Shown: positions 12,655-24,633, counted from the whole stretch's first letter. The stretch is 63,970 nucleotides of DNA, filler included, from Welwitschia mirabilis (GCA_051453625.1; 5 parts of one record of this genome joined end to end with filler, not necessarily neighbours in it); one strand, 5' to 3'. The notes: generated from the sequence alone by a model not told the origin. Made by a program: numbers and translations.

Positions 12655-13405
12655 TATACATACCACAGATGATTTAAAGAGGAAGAGGCAGATAAGGTTA
12701 AATTACAGATTTTATGATTGATTCAAAAGGATAAATAAACCATGAGCATATATTTTATACCATCTACAAATTGCAATATACTCTTCTAAATAATGATGGT
12801 ACTTGCAACCATGGCTTCCATCAGAAATGCCTGAATCCTACTTTGTCAACTACAAATATTCCTCCTAGAGATGGAGGTTGGCTTTGTAATGCATGTGAGT
12901 GTGAATTATTGGGCTTAGAATCAATAAATTCTTATTTGGAAGTACAGTTTATAGTTACTAAAAAAAAGAGTAGAACAGCAAAAATTGCAAATAGTAAGAG
13001 CGTATCTAATGGGTCTGATGAAGAATGGTCATCAAATGATTCTGAAGATGATGACTATGATTGAAAAAACTAGGAAATAGAAATGAAAAAGGTTATGAAA
13101 ATGTCACTAATCATTTAGTGGATTTAGATGATACAGGATCTTTAGATAATATTTTATAGAGTGATTATGATGCATAATACTATCAAAAATCTATCTGCCA
13201 TCTTGAAAGATTTTAGTAAAGAACATGAGTCACACAATGCATTTGTTTCATCCACAAGGATAGCATCAGTGAACATCCTAAAAATTAGTGCTAGAGCTTT
13301 TATTATATTGTAGTCAATCCATGCAGAGATGTACAAACACATAGAAATTTAATGAAGATCACATCATTGTTATCATAATAAATGATTAGATTATAAGACC
13401 TATGG
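12655..13405 (+). pseudogene. PRH: Pseudogene fragment of a PRH/HAT3.1-type PHD-finger homeodomain gene (apparently intronless)
   Basis: From 12717 in frame: IDSKG*INHEHIFYTIYKLQYTLLNNDGTCNHGFHQKCLNPTLSTTNIPPRDGGWLCNACEC...EEWSSNDSEDDDYD, matching PRH-type HIFCAxC...CDGTCNRAFHQKCLDPPL...IPPGDQGWFCKFCDC...WPSDDSxDDDYDP; K*LDYKTY at ~13381-13404 resembles the family RLDYKKLY motif. Confidence 0.85.
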
Positions 13406-14029
13406 CCTCAGTTTCTTTCGACAAATTTAGTGGGTGTCCTGTCCATGCTCATTAGTGAGTGTAGGAAAGCTAACTAGAAAGGAAACTAATCATTATAGTT
13501 TTTTATAATTTAATTTTCAAAGGAAGCATCATAGAAGAAAGACCCCAAGAGATAGAGAAATTCCAAGAAGGGTTTCTTTCAAAATAGAGGAGCAAAAAAG
13601 GGGAGTATGAGCCTCTATAAAAGACAAGGGGGACTCCATAGGGCAACATTCATTAGGAAGGATCTACACACATAAAAAATGGTTTTATAAGTCTGATAGT
13701 GCTGGTTGTAGCAACAGAGTTTTTCCATAGTACTAAAAAGATGTTTTTGGTACAAGGAGGTGAGTGGTTCTTTTTTGAGTTCTTTTAACTATTAGCTCCT
13801 AAGAGGGTAGGCAAAACCCTTGTGTTTAACATTCCAAATGAAGACTATAAGTTTTGTTAGGTAATTTTCCACCTTAAAAAATATTCTAGGTGAAATCAGC
13901 AAAAAGGTTGAAAAGGGGTAAAATTAAGTCTTTCTAGACAACTTTATTTCTGCTAACCCTATCATTTTCAAAGGGGCTTTTTTCACTTTTTTTCAAGCAT
14001 GCAGGTTAAAAATATAATTTTAGCTAAAT

Positions 14030-14752
14030 GACTATGTATCTTGGCATAAAGGGCCTTGCTCTTATAGAATGAAAGACTCAGTAGCAATTGGCATATTGAG
14101 ATATCAAGACAAGAACGTATAATGATTGTTTATTATAAGGGAAGCTAGTCAAGAGGATTTTTATTGCCCTTACAAATAGTATGTAAAGCTACTTAAAAGA
14201 GGTATAAGTGAGTAGGATTAAAATCAAAATAAAGAAGATTCTTTATAGCCATTATTTAGATGATAACATCATTACTATTAAGTTAACATGGGCATAGAAG
14301 CAAGTTCTTTCACAAGGGGATTATACATCATGTCAAAAGAATTAGAATTGAGAAGTAGTTGGGTTTTGGAAAAACTCCAAAGTTTACTCTATTCATACAA
14401 TCTATTAAAAAAAGAAGAATTGTTTTTCGATGAAAATAAAAATGGGAAGATCAAATGATATATAGCTTAGAATACCCCTGCAAGAGTGGTAAAGAACAAT
14501 CTTATGTGAGAACTTATAGATGGTATATACTTGGTATGGAACATGAGTTAATCAGTTCCTATCCAGTAATGCCAAATGCATTTTAGTTACTCTAGTAATG
14601 GCATGCAGTACTAGATCCTCCCTAAATAGGTATTAGAAATTGAATAATGAGTCAATAAGTTCATCTTAATAATAGAAAAAGATTAAAAAAATAGATCCAT
14701 CTAGTTAAATTGGATGTTATAACAAAGAACAAGAAAGCAGGAGGATGCCACC
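14030..14752 (+). mobile_element. L1-like LINE ORF2 fragment (RT C-terminal region)
   Basis: IREASQEDFLLPL (RGLRQGDPLSP-like, ~14135), SHYLDDNII, FLSSNAKCILVTLVMA, IHLVKLDVITKNKKAGGC (~14695-14748; L1 HLVxWxxxxxPKxxGGLG motif). Confidence 0.75.
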
Positions 14753-16329
14753 TATATAAGATTAAAGATTGTATCTTGACAGATACAATAAAATTGATAA
14801 ATAAAATTAATAGACATAAAGAAATAAGCTAGATCAAAATGAGTGAACATAAGCATAGGAAGTGGATGTATAATGAGAATGATTTCTATCCTATGAAGGA
14901 ATCTATGCATAACCAAGATAAAACTCAATAATAAAGGAATAAATTCAAAGATAAAGAGAAAGAGGTTAGAATTTAAAAATACAAAAAAATTGAAAACTAT
15001 GATAGAATATGAAAAGGTACTTTCTGTAAAAGTGCTAAGGCATTTCTCTGATTTCTTAACAAAGAAGCCCTCATAACAAAGAAATGTCCAATTAATAAAG
15101 GGGTATCTATTAGCCCATTTTATGCAATCTATCAAATTAATAATGAAATAGTGTTCATGTATGAGCAAGATAGCTATCCATTTTTTAACATGATTAACTA
15201 TAGAGGAAGTATGAAATAGTATCCATGCTAAAACTTTAACTCTTTATAAATTAAAATTTAGGAAGAACTAACTATAAAATTAGTGTAAAATATGAAATTT
15301 CTGACATGTCTAAACAAGAAAGAAAATTAGCATGATCATAGAATATATTAATTTGTAATAAAACTAAAATATCAAGAAAAGTAAAATCAAAAAGATATTT
15401 GAAATTGCAAAAATGTGCTACTAGAAGGTCTCTGTCTATGTGATGCAATAAGATCCCCTTATTCATCAATTGCTAATTCTAGATATATTGAGGTTTCTCT
15501 ATCAAAATTGTAAAAAAGATAAAAAGAACATGTCAAATCATTTCAAACATCCCTTCAAAAGATTAAAATCAATTGGACACATCAAAATCACCATGTGCTT
15601 AAACACGATATTTTAAGGCCATTGAAACACTAAAAAAATACAATATTTCAAGACCTTAAAAATGATATCTTTATTTAGTGAAATAAAGAAGATATGGTTT
15701 ATATGTTACCTTATATATTTTAATCTCAAAATTTTAATAAGAAGGATAGGTAAAAGGTAAACCAAATTTTAAGATCAATACAAATGCAAAAATAAATGAT
15801 ATCATTTCAAGTAATCCAAATAACAAACATTTATTGCTTCTAAAAGACTTGAAAAATAATAGACATTTATTGCATAGATGATTTATTCTATAAAATTTAA
15901 AAAATAAAGAAGACATATGCCTCAGATTAAAGAAATCTAAACATCATTTATTCAATGAAGCTTCCAATTTGATCAAGAATCATGTAGAACATATCAAATT
16001 ATTTTTAATGAAACATTTATGCCATGTATATTACAGTAAGCATGAGTTATAAAATTACTTACTTGATCTAAGTTAACAAGTAAGACCTCAGTTACTCCCT
16101 AAGTTTTGCAATGTAACTTGTGAAAATTCTTTTGTTAAAATTACATTTTAACAGCTTTAGCTTTCTATTAATTATTCCTTACAATGCACTAATATTCAAG
16201 TCCTTTGATATAGAAAATCTGCTTTATAATCTTTTAATTTAGATGTTCATAATATTATTAATTTTTTAATGGTTTCTTATCCTCACATGTACTATGTATT
16301 CTTATATAGTTGTAAAAGAGTTACTAATT

Positions 16330-16676
16330 CCATTTGTTAATTTCACCTCCACTTCCAGTGGGTATGATAATATCTTTCTTAACTAGGAAGACATGTTAAA
16401 TGTTTATGAGGTTCATCTTGTAAACTTAGAATAAAGGCATGATTCTTTTTAATATGTTACTTATGAAAAGATGATAAAACTACTTGTGATTACTTGCAAG
16501 AAATTAGGCATATTAGAAAATTCAAGTTCATATGAAGAATGTGGTGGAGTCTTAGAAGTCACTTTTCTATAGTCATCTATATTTGGGTATACCATAATTT
16601 GACTATTCCTTGGGATTAGCTTAGACCTAATTAAATATCTACATAAATCCATAGACATCCATTCGAATGAGGTCAA
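16330..16676 (-). mobile_element. Very degenerate Ty1/copia integrase-core-like fragment
   Basis: Minus strand DLIRMDVYGFM, NIDDYRKV and TGSGGEI occur in the order expected for DLIHxDVxGP / FIDDYSR / RTDxGGE, but in different frames. Confidence 0.35.
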
Positions 16677-18081
16677 AATTTTAAATGTGGCATATTTTAT
16701 TTTAAATATGTTCCTACATTTTTAGGTCTCAAATTTTACAAACAAGTTCTATCATGTCTTTGATAAGCAAATCTATGGTCTGTGTTTCATTACCTATTGC
16801 CACTATCACTTGATTATAGTGTTTGATTTAACAGGTCTCTATGATAGGCATATGTACATGAAAACAAAATTTTTACAAACAAAGGCGTGAAAGTAATTAG
16901 CTGAGAAGTATGATATGTAAACTTGAGAGATATTTAAATCTCTATGAAAATAGAGTATTGCACAGCATATTTTTAAGTAAAAGAAATAAAAAGATCATAT
17001 GTATTCTATTATAAAGAAGCTAGAATTTGATATAAATGCATGAAAGTAATAAGAGTATCAAGTGAAACATAATCTTGTAATAACTTCAAGAAAATTTTAA
17101 ACTTTTTAGTCTTAGAACGTCCTGTATCATTGGAATACTATTTCTCTTGATCTTTTCCTAAGCCACTAGACTTTAACATTGATGATCTTGATCACTTAGT
17201 TTTCATTCAATCAACATCCATATTAAAAGCTTAAATATATAGCATTTTTCTTTTAGAATATTATGTAAATCACAAAAAATTGAAGGACATTCTAAGTAAA
17301 CTACAAAGTGTTTATTTCAAACCAGAGAAAGAGAAGTGTTTGAGACTAATAATTAAATATTTTCTTAAAATGCTTGAAAATATAATTTAAAATGGTTGTG
17401 TCCTTAAGAAACTCAACTAATAATGTTGATAAAACACACATTAGATTATCAAGTATAATATTTATTTTAAATCTTAAAATATGGAAACATTTTCAACAAT
17501 CTTCTTTAGATGTCAAGGTTAGATGTTAAAAATATTAGATACTAAATGTTAGAAAATGAGAGAGACAATANNNNNNNNNNAAAGTAGATATGTTGTTGAA
17601 AATTTAGTATAAAGGTCGGGTTTGGAAGTTTGAAATTATCAAATTCTTTGATTTGATTTCAAGTTAATCTTTACTTAAATCTTTTCCATCTTTAGAGGGA
17701 TTTATCTTTTGGATTACTTTTCAATCAATCATTACCATGTGTATTATAGTTTGTTGGTTTTGAATGCAACTATAGTAAATTATGCACTTAAGAGATGGAA
17801 ATGGCATCATTCTAAAGTAACCCAAAAATAATAGAGTAGAAAAGAAAAATGGAAATGGAAATTGCATCTTTTTCTTTTCATACATTGTCCATGATAATAG
17901 CCATCTTACTACTGAAGATAATAATTATTGTGGAAATGAAGGTAAGTTTTTCTCTTAAATAGAATTTCCATTTTAATGTAAAATGATATTTTTCTATTTC
18001 TTAAAATGGTATGAAATGCAATAACCACATCATCATTTAATGTGATCAAGTGGCCATTAACTGATGGAAGAAGTAAAAGAT

Positions 18082-18510
18082 TATTAAAATGCAACACCAA
18101 CTCATGTAATAGATTTCTTTGAAGACTTCATTATCTGAGTTTAGCTCATATTTTGAATTGTTCAAGTTGTTATTTCCTATTATTTTCTAGTTGAGTCTAG
18201 TTAGTGAAGTTAGTGGGTCAGTTGCTAAAAAGAAGAATAATTGTTATTGATTTAGTGAAGTTAGGGGATCAGTTACTAAAAAGAAGAAGAAGTATTATGG
18301 TGTTAATGGAGTTAGTGGGTCAGTTACTAAAAATAAAAGGAACTATTATTGATTTTATTCCTTTATATGCCTATATAAGGTCCTCTAGTTACATTAAATG
18401 ATATGACTTCCTTTGTAGCATCTATTTTGTTTTTTATAAGATATCTTCTACAGAGTGCACTTTATCTTCTCAAATTTATTTTTATTCTTTTGCTCTCTAA
18501 TTTTTCATCA
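18082..18510 (+). repeat. 5' LTR of the copia element, with 3 copies of a ~50-bp internal repeat
   Basis: Starts tattaaaat (decayed TG), ends catca; aligns end to end with 20745-21173; TATA-like ctatataagg at ~18371. Confidence 0.92.
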
Positions 18511-18549
18511 TTTAGTGTTAGATCTAGGTGAATATTTTCTATTGATAAT

Positions 18550-19683
18550 ATGAGTGATCTTCAATTGATTAGTAAAACTAGAAAACTTAACAATCAAAAA
18601 TATAATTCATGGTCAACATGCATGAAATCTTACCTGAAAGGTTAAGACTTGTGGAAAGTTACCTATGAAAGCAAAGTTACACAACTAGAAGAGGATTCAT
18701 CTAGTACATTACCGAAATAGAAGACAAAAGTAGGTAAGGTGATGTTCATTTTAAATAATATGATTGAAGAAGAAGTACTAGAGCACATCTGGAGGGCCAA
18801 AACACCTAAAAAATCTTGGGATACATTATCTATGCTTTTCTCAATGAAGAATGCCGTGAATCTTTAACTTCTAGAGAGCATGATATTGTCAGTAGCACAA
18901 CTAACATGATAGTTTCTTAGTACTTTTACAAAGTAAATTTACTATGTTATGAAATTTTTGAGTTGGATTTAGAAGCTTTAATTCGAAATAATAAAATTAA
19001 GAGAATAATTATGTATGGTTTAAGACTTTAATATAGAAGCTTTATTGTTATCATACAAGGATGACAAGAGGAATCACTACTTATTAAGTTCAAAAATTTT
19101 CTTGCTAGTCAGAAAGCCTTAGCCATATAAATGGGAGGAATTTCAATAAATAATGAAGAGGAAGCATCTACATCAATGAAAGAAAATTAAATTTCAAGAA
19201 ACACATTGTTAGTGGATCCAAAAGAAATGAGGATAATATGAAAAATGATCAACACAAAGGAAGTGGCTATTCAGGGGAGCTTTAAAAAATCATGGTAATG
19301 ACAATAAATTTGAAGGAAATTGATATAATTATGGGAAGGATGGTCATATGATGAAAGATTTTCATAGCAAAAAGTTTCAAAAAAAAAAAATGCTAAAATT
19401 GGAGGAAGAATGATTATATGGGGAAAGATTATTAGTTGAATTATGCTACTACTTCAAAACACAAAGATATGTAGGATGCTAAGACACTCTTTGCTGCAAA
19501 GGAGGAGTTAGATATCATAGCAAAAATGTTTGAATAGATCAATTATGAAAAAGATTGGATCATCGACTCAGGATGCTTAAGTTATATGATAGGCATGAAA
19601 AAAAATATTCTATCAGTAGCACAATTTACATCTTTAGTTTATTTTTTTTCTATTTGTCTTGCAAGATGTAAAGGTATATTATG
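18550..19683 (+). pseudogene. Copia gag (UBN2-type), Zn knuckle and protease, disrupted
   Basis: MSDLQLISKTRKLNNQKYNSWSTCMKSYLKG*DLWKV; *YNYGKDGHMMKDF (decayed CCHC, ~19321); DWIIDSGCLSYMIG (~19553); KNILSVAQFTS...QDVKVY. Confidence 0.9.
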
Positions 19684-20107
19684 AATAGAGGATAAAGAGA
19701 GGTAAGAATCAGATGATAAAGGTGAAAATATGGATTTTGAGGAGGAGCAAGAAGAGGATGTGGACAATGATGATAGATCTAATGATGTGAGATCATTTGG
19801 CACATTGAAAGACCTCAAGGATAAAGAATTTAAGGATGAGGAAGATAATGATGAACTTGATGTGGAAGAAGAATATGGAGAAAAGTGTTAAGATGGTGTT
19901 TTCATAAATGATCATGGATCTACTACTCTAAATGCTACTACTCGAGGGGATATCTCACTACAAATGTTGTAGAAAATAGCGGGGAGGAGGATGAAGTTAA
20001 TGACAAATATGTAAATGAAGTAGAGGTTTAAAATCTAGATGTTGAAGATGAGGAGGAGAGCAATGAACTTGTATAAGAAGAAGAAGATGATGATGATGAT
20101 GATGATC

Positions 20108-20140
<33 letters not shown>

Positions 20141-20393
20141 CATCTAAGGACGATGATTAGGAAGGCCCTAAACATGCCACAACAATATCCCTAGCAAGCT
20201 TAATATCCAAGATGATGATGAAAACAATGATGAAGAGATTGGTGATGGGGATAAAAAGGAAGAGGGCATGGAGAATAATAAAGATGAAGGATAAGACAAG
20301 AAAGGAGATTATGAAATGGAGTATTTAGTGTAGCCTATTGAAAAGCCAAAAGAAGAAGATGGTGGAAGTGATTTCCTTCTTGTCAAAGGTGAA
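19684..20393 (+). pseudogene. ANP32: Captured host-gene segment resembling the acidic C-terminal tail of plant ANP32-related (acidic leucine-rich nuclear phosphoprotein) proteins
   Basis: EDKER*ESDD...DEEDNDELDVEEE...EVEV*NLDVEDEEE...poly-D...DDENNDEEIGD...DYEMEYLV*PIEKPKEEDGGSDF follows the motif order I recall for plant ANP32-related tails (ERPESDD...VEVHEIEDS...DGETG...YLVQPV...SD). Identity is from memory; low complexity limits certainty. Confidence 0.6.
20086..20139 (+). repeat. (GAT)n trinucleotide tract (poly-Asp) within the captured segment
   Basis: 18 units with one CAT interruption. Confidence 0.95.
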
Positions 20394-20735
20394 TAAGCAG
20401 AGTACCAAGTTGTAGCAAGTGTAGTTCAAGAGAGTACTTGGCTTATGTAATTGTTGAAGGACTTGCATTAGGTAATAGATTTTGTAGTTCATATGTATTA
20501 TGATAACTAGTCAGCAATACATTTGACAAAGAATCTAATTTTTCATGAAATAACTAAACATGTGAAGGTGCACTACCATTTTATGAGGGAAAAAGTTTTG
20601 GAAAAAGAGGTGGAGCTAAGGCTTATTCAAACAGAAGATCAAGATGCAAATTTATTCATAAAAGTCTTGACTAGTAATAAGTTTGAAAACTTTTGTCATT
20701 ATCTCAGCACAATGAAAAGAATGGAAGCTGGTGTT
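20394..20735 (+). pseudogene. Copia RNase H C-terminal part
   Basis: *AEYQVVASVVQESTWLM...YDN*SAIHLTKNLIFHEITKHVKVHYHFMREKVL...EDQDANLFIKVL. Confidence 0.92.
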
Positions 20736-20744
20736 AAGAGGGAG

Positions 20745-21173
20745 TCTTAAAATAAAACACCAACTCATATAATAGATTTCTTTGAAGACTTAGTTGTTTA
20801 AGTTTAGTTGATATTTTGAATTGTGCAAGTTTTTATTTCCTATTATTTTCTAGTTAAATCTAGTTAGTGGAGTTAGTGAATTAGTTGCTATAAAGGAGAA
20901 GAACTATTATTGAGTTAGTGGAGTTAGTGAATCAGTTACTCAAAAGAAGGAGAATTGTTATTGAGTTAATGGAGTTAGTGGATCAATTACTAAAAATAAG
21001 GAGAACTATTATTGAGTTTATTCCTTTGTATGCCTATACAAGGCTCTTTAGTTGCATCAAATAATATAACTTCCTTCACAGCACCTATTTTATTTTTTGT
21101 AAGATATCTTCTACAGAGTATACTTCATCTTCTCAAATTTATTTTTAGTCTTTTTCTCTATAATTTTTCATGA
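20745..21173 (+). repeat. 3' LTR of the copia element
   Basis: Directly follows the PPT; aligns with 18082-18510, mostly transition differences. Confidence 0.92.
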
Positions 21174-22861
21174 AATATGTCTATTAATAAGATGTTATCA
21201 TGATTTTACAAGAAAATGAAATAACAAAATCAAGTAAATCATAACAAGATATTATAAGTAGGACACAAATATGAAGATAAAGATTCATGCAATACATTCT
21301 TTATTCAAATAAATGAATTTTAAATATTTTAACATGCTTTTATTACTAATGGATTTTGACTTAATTTGACTTTTGAGTTTTATTTCTATTCTAAACTTAG
21401 CATGCATGACTATTAGTTTTAAATGCTTTTTCCATTTCTATAGTTGCATCTGCATTGGCATATATGACTATTACATTTAACTAGCTTTATCATTTCTATG
21501 ATTATAACTGATTAATGTGCATAATGAGTTTTCTTATTTTTATAACTATAAGTGAAATTTATAGTTATAATTCCTTTAATCATAATAAGTGATAATAATT
21601 TCTTATTATAAATACCCTATCATCCATTATAATTATGTGTGTTTTTCATTGTAACATTAGTCAATAGAGTAGTTTTTTTTTAGAGTTTTCTTAGTGGTTA
21701 TTTCATAGAAGAATATATTTNNNNNNNNNNTCATTTTGTCATTTCAATATTTATGTTTGTACCAAGTATATAACTCTTGAGACATTATTTTATTCAATCT
21801 CAGTGTATGTCCCCTCTTCATACATTTTGCAATAACTTTTCTATTGCAAAATTAAAAATATGAAGGTGGGTATTTCATCTGCAATTATAATTACAGCTTT
21901 AGTATGAAAAGGACTCAATTGCGTTCTCTTTCTCACCATAACAAAATCCACCTAATAGTCTAGAAATGTGGTTAAGGGCCTTTCAACTTTTTTGTATATG
22001 CAAATATAAATCTTAGCATCATCTACATATTTAGTAGCTATAACAAGTAAGGAAAATCATCCAAAGTTAGAGATGGATGAAGAAGAAATGAACAGTGGTT
22101 AAATAATTAAAATAAATACTATATATGATCTAGTCACATTAAAGCATTAAATGTGATCACATGAAAGATCAAAATGGTATTTCTAATAGAATCACCTTTT
22201 GTTTTGAATTCCTAAGAACTCTAAATCTTCATGAGAAAATGAAAGCTCTCTTAAGAAATTGCTAAATTTACTTAACATAAATGAAATGCTTCTATGCTCT
22301 ATGAGCCCATTTACAAGTAGTGATAGTATTACTTTTTCTTTTCAAATCAAAAAAAATGAAAATAAAGATTCTTACAATCCCTATTTTGTGATCTCTATGC
22401 ATAGATAAGGACTATGAGTTAAAGTTCTTTTTAGAGAATGTTTTTTACCTTTGCTTGAACTATTGCAATCTAATTTAAAGCACGATCAGTCTGCTGTTGC
22501 TAAGGCTATATTGTTTGAGGCTAGAATATAAGATGGTGTAATTAATTGATATTATTTTTACTAAATAATTACATAATATGTTTACATAAACTTGGGGCTT
22601 TTGGCATGCAACTACTAAAGTGAGAAGTGTTGATGTCCTTACTGGAGTTTCTTGGACTTTTGAACTAGTGCTTTTTCTAAGAATCTCTCTCATTTTCTCT
22701 TTTGATACTTCTACTATTACATTCATATTTTTACTTTAATTTCTCAAAATATTCATTAGACTATTAATATGAGCACAAATTTGACAAAAAATGCCCTACT
22801 GGAATTAGGAGAAATACCCATATCTTATTTAGAAGACTTCAGGAGTACAAGCAACACATCT

Positions 22862-23176
22862 ATAGTAACTAATTGTCTTTTCACAATAAAAATCATAATC
22901 ACCCTTAACAACCTGATGGCCATGACAAATAAGGTCTAGATGATGCTTTTGTAGAAATTTAGCTACTCTGTTAGATCTAAATATATATGAAATACCCCTA
23001 TCATTCTCTTTCCACCTTTCAATGTTTTTATCTAGATCAGCCAAGAAGAAGTCACATAACAGATCTTTATCTAATACATCTATTGACATAATTAACATAT
23101 ATAGATTAGAAATTCAAAGATTTTAGAAAAAAAATTAAAATAATGTGAGGTCCATGCATATTGATATTTATGTATC
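22862..23176 (-). pseudogene. PP1: Protein phosphatase 1 (TOPP-type) catalytic subunit pseudogene fragment, apparently processed
   Basis: MHG...IDVLDKDLLCDFFLADLDKNIERWKENDRGISYIFRSNRVAKFLQKHHLDLICHGHQVVKGDYDF, then frameshift to KRQLVTI; matches PP1 [64 protein letters not shown]. Confidence 0.92.
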
Positions 23177-24467
23177 TTACACGAGAAATATATGTAGGAA
23201 GAAAGAATGAAAAAGAGGTTATTTTACTTATCCATTCCTCCAAATGTATTTGTTAATGCTACAAGATATAAAGCTACTTTTCATCTTTAGCTATTAAATA
23301 TACTTACATACTTGTGGAAAAGTTCATTGATTAAGATTTTGAATCATTTGATAAACTCATAAGAGGGATGAAATAACACATCATAGAATATCAAATTTTT
23401 TGAATTGATCATTATCTTGAAAAGGAACTTGTTTAAAAAATTCTTGTCTTTATTCTCTTTATTCTTTATTTTACCATTATGATAAAGAAAATACATATGA
23501 AATGTGCATCTAATATTTATTAAACATTTTAAAACTAAATATTAATAAGAGTATTTTGATAATAATCATATTATCAGGGATATAATGTAGAATCACTTGC
23601 TTCAAATACTAGTTATTTTTGACATGGAAACACTAGTTAGTTTATATGGATAAAATATTAGAAATGAAAATGTTAAGGTATTGTATTCTATGAGACCTTT
23701 GTAAATTAAGGATACAATTATTGGGAAATACAAAATTCATGTTAATGGAATTATAAATATCTTATATATACTAATGATCTAATAATACATAAAAATAGTC
23801 CCACTCCTACTTTGCTATAGCTATTGTTTTTATAGATAATGCTAGATGGTATGGGAACCCTTTCTTCACAAAAGCTAAAAAGGCCTTTTATAAAAAAACT
23901 TGTAAAAAATAAAGATACAATTTAAACGTCTTCTTAGTAATATTTATAAGAGAAATTTTATAAGTTATCTGGCTGGTGCTTCAAATGAATTTGTAATTTA
24001 AATTTAACCTAATGAATCCATATATCTAAAAATTAATAATAAGGTTCTAGGACAAGGTATGAAATTAGATCATAATGTTTTATACTTGCAAGAATAAATG
24101 ATCAATATTTGATTAATTTTTTTTCAAAGATAAATGAAAAGAGTGATAAGTTAGATTTCCAACTTTAAGCTAAGCTTAACAATAGACTGCTCATTGTGTC
24201 TAATAAGTTCACTATTATTCTTAGCATGGAACCACATTAAAGAATTAAATTAAAATGCTAGACAAACTAAAAAATTTAGGTGAATCACTACAAAATTGAT
24301 TCTAGCATTACTTAAAGCACATGGCAACATGTTACATCTTTCTTTCTAATAGAGCCTCCCAACTATTAAGAAAATATTACATGAATATGTATTTAGTAAA
24401 TAAACTAAATAAAATATAGAAATATAATATGACGAGGTAGGTCACCTATTTTCTTATTAAATGAGAT

Positions 24468-24633
24468 GTTAAGAAATATGCCCAAAGTTTAATTAAAAAC
24501 AACAACAATAATAAAATTAAAGAGAATGAAGACAAATGAATTTACATGATTCAGTTAATGTCGCCTACATCCATAAGTGAGAAAAGAGAGATTAATATTA
24601 TTATTTAGAGAGAGTACAAAGTAAGAACCTCAT
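24468..24633 (-). mobile_element. Copia-type LTR 3' end (reverse orientation), interrupted by a later insertion
   Basis: tgttaagaaatatg...aatttacatgattcagttaatgtcgcctacatccata...gagagtacaa resembles the reverse-strand U5 motif (atttacgtggttcggc..gcctacgtccac) common in Tork/Tnt1-like LTRs. Confidence 0.5.

Larger units (their letters stand above)
18082..21173 (+). mobile_element. Complete non-autonomous Ty1/copia LTR retrotransposon (3.1 kb) lacking integrase and RT and carrying a foreign acidic insert
   Basis: Two colinear ~429-bp LTRs, decayed Met-PBS (tttagtgttagatct at 18511), gag, Zn knuckle, protease, RNase H, PPT (aagagggag 20736-20744), near-perfect 5-bp TSD aagat (18077-18081) / aatat (21174-21178). 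Confidence 0.93.

Noticed and set aside
14860-15120. Possible gypsy chromodomain-like tail (KVLSVKVLRH)
   Set aside because: Single weak motif with no upstream integrase.
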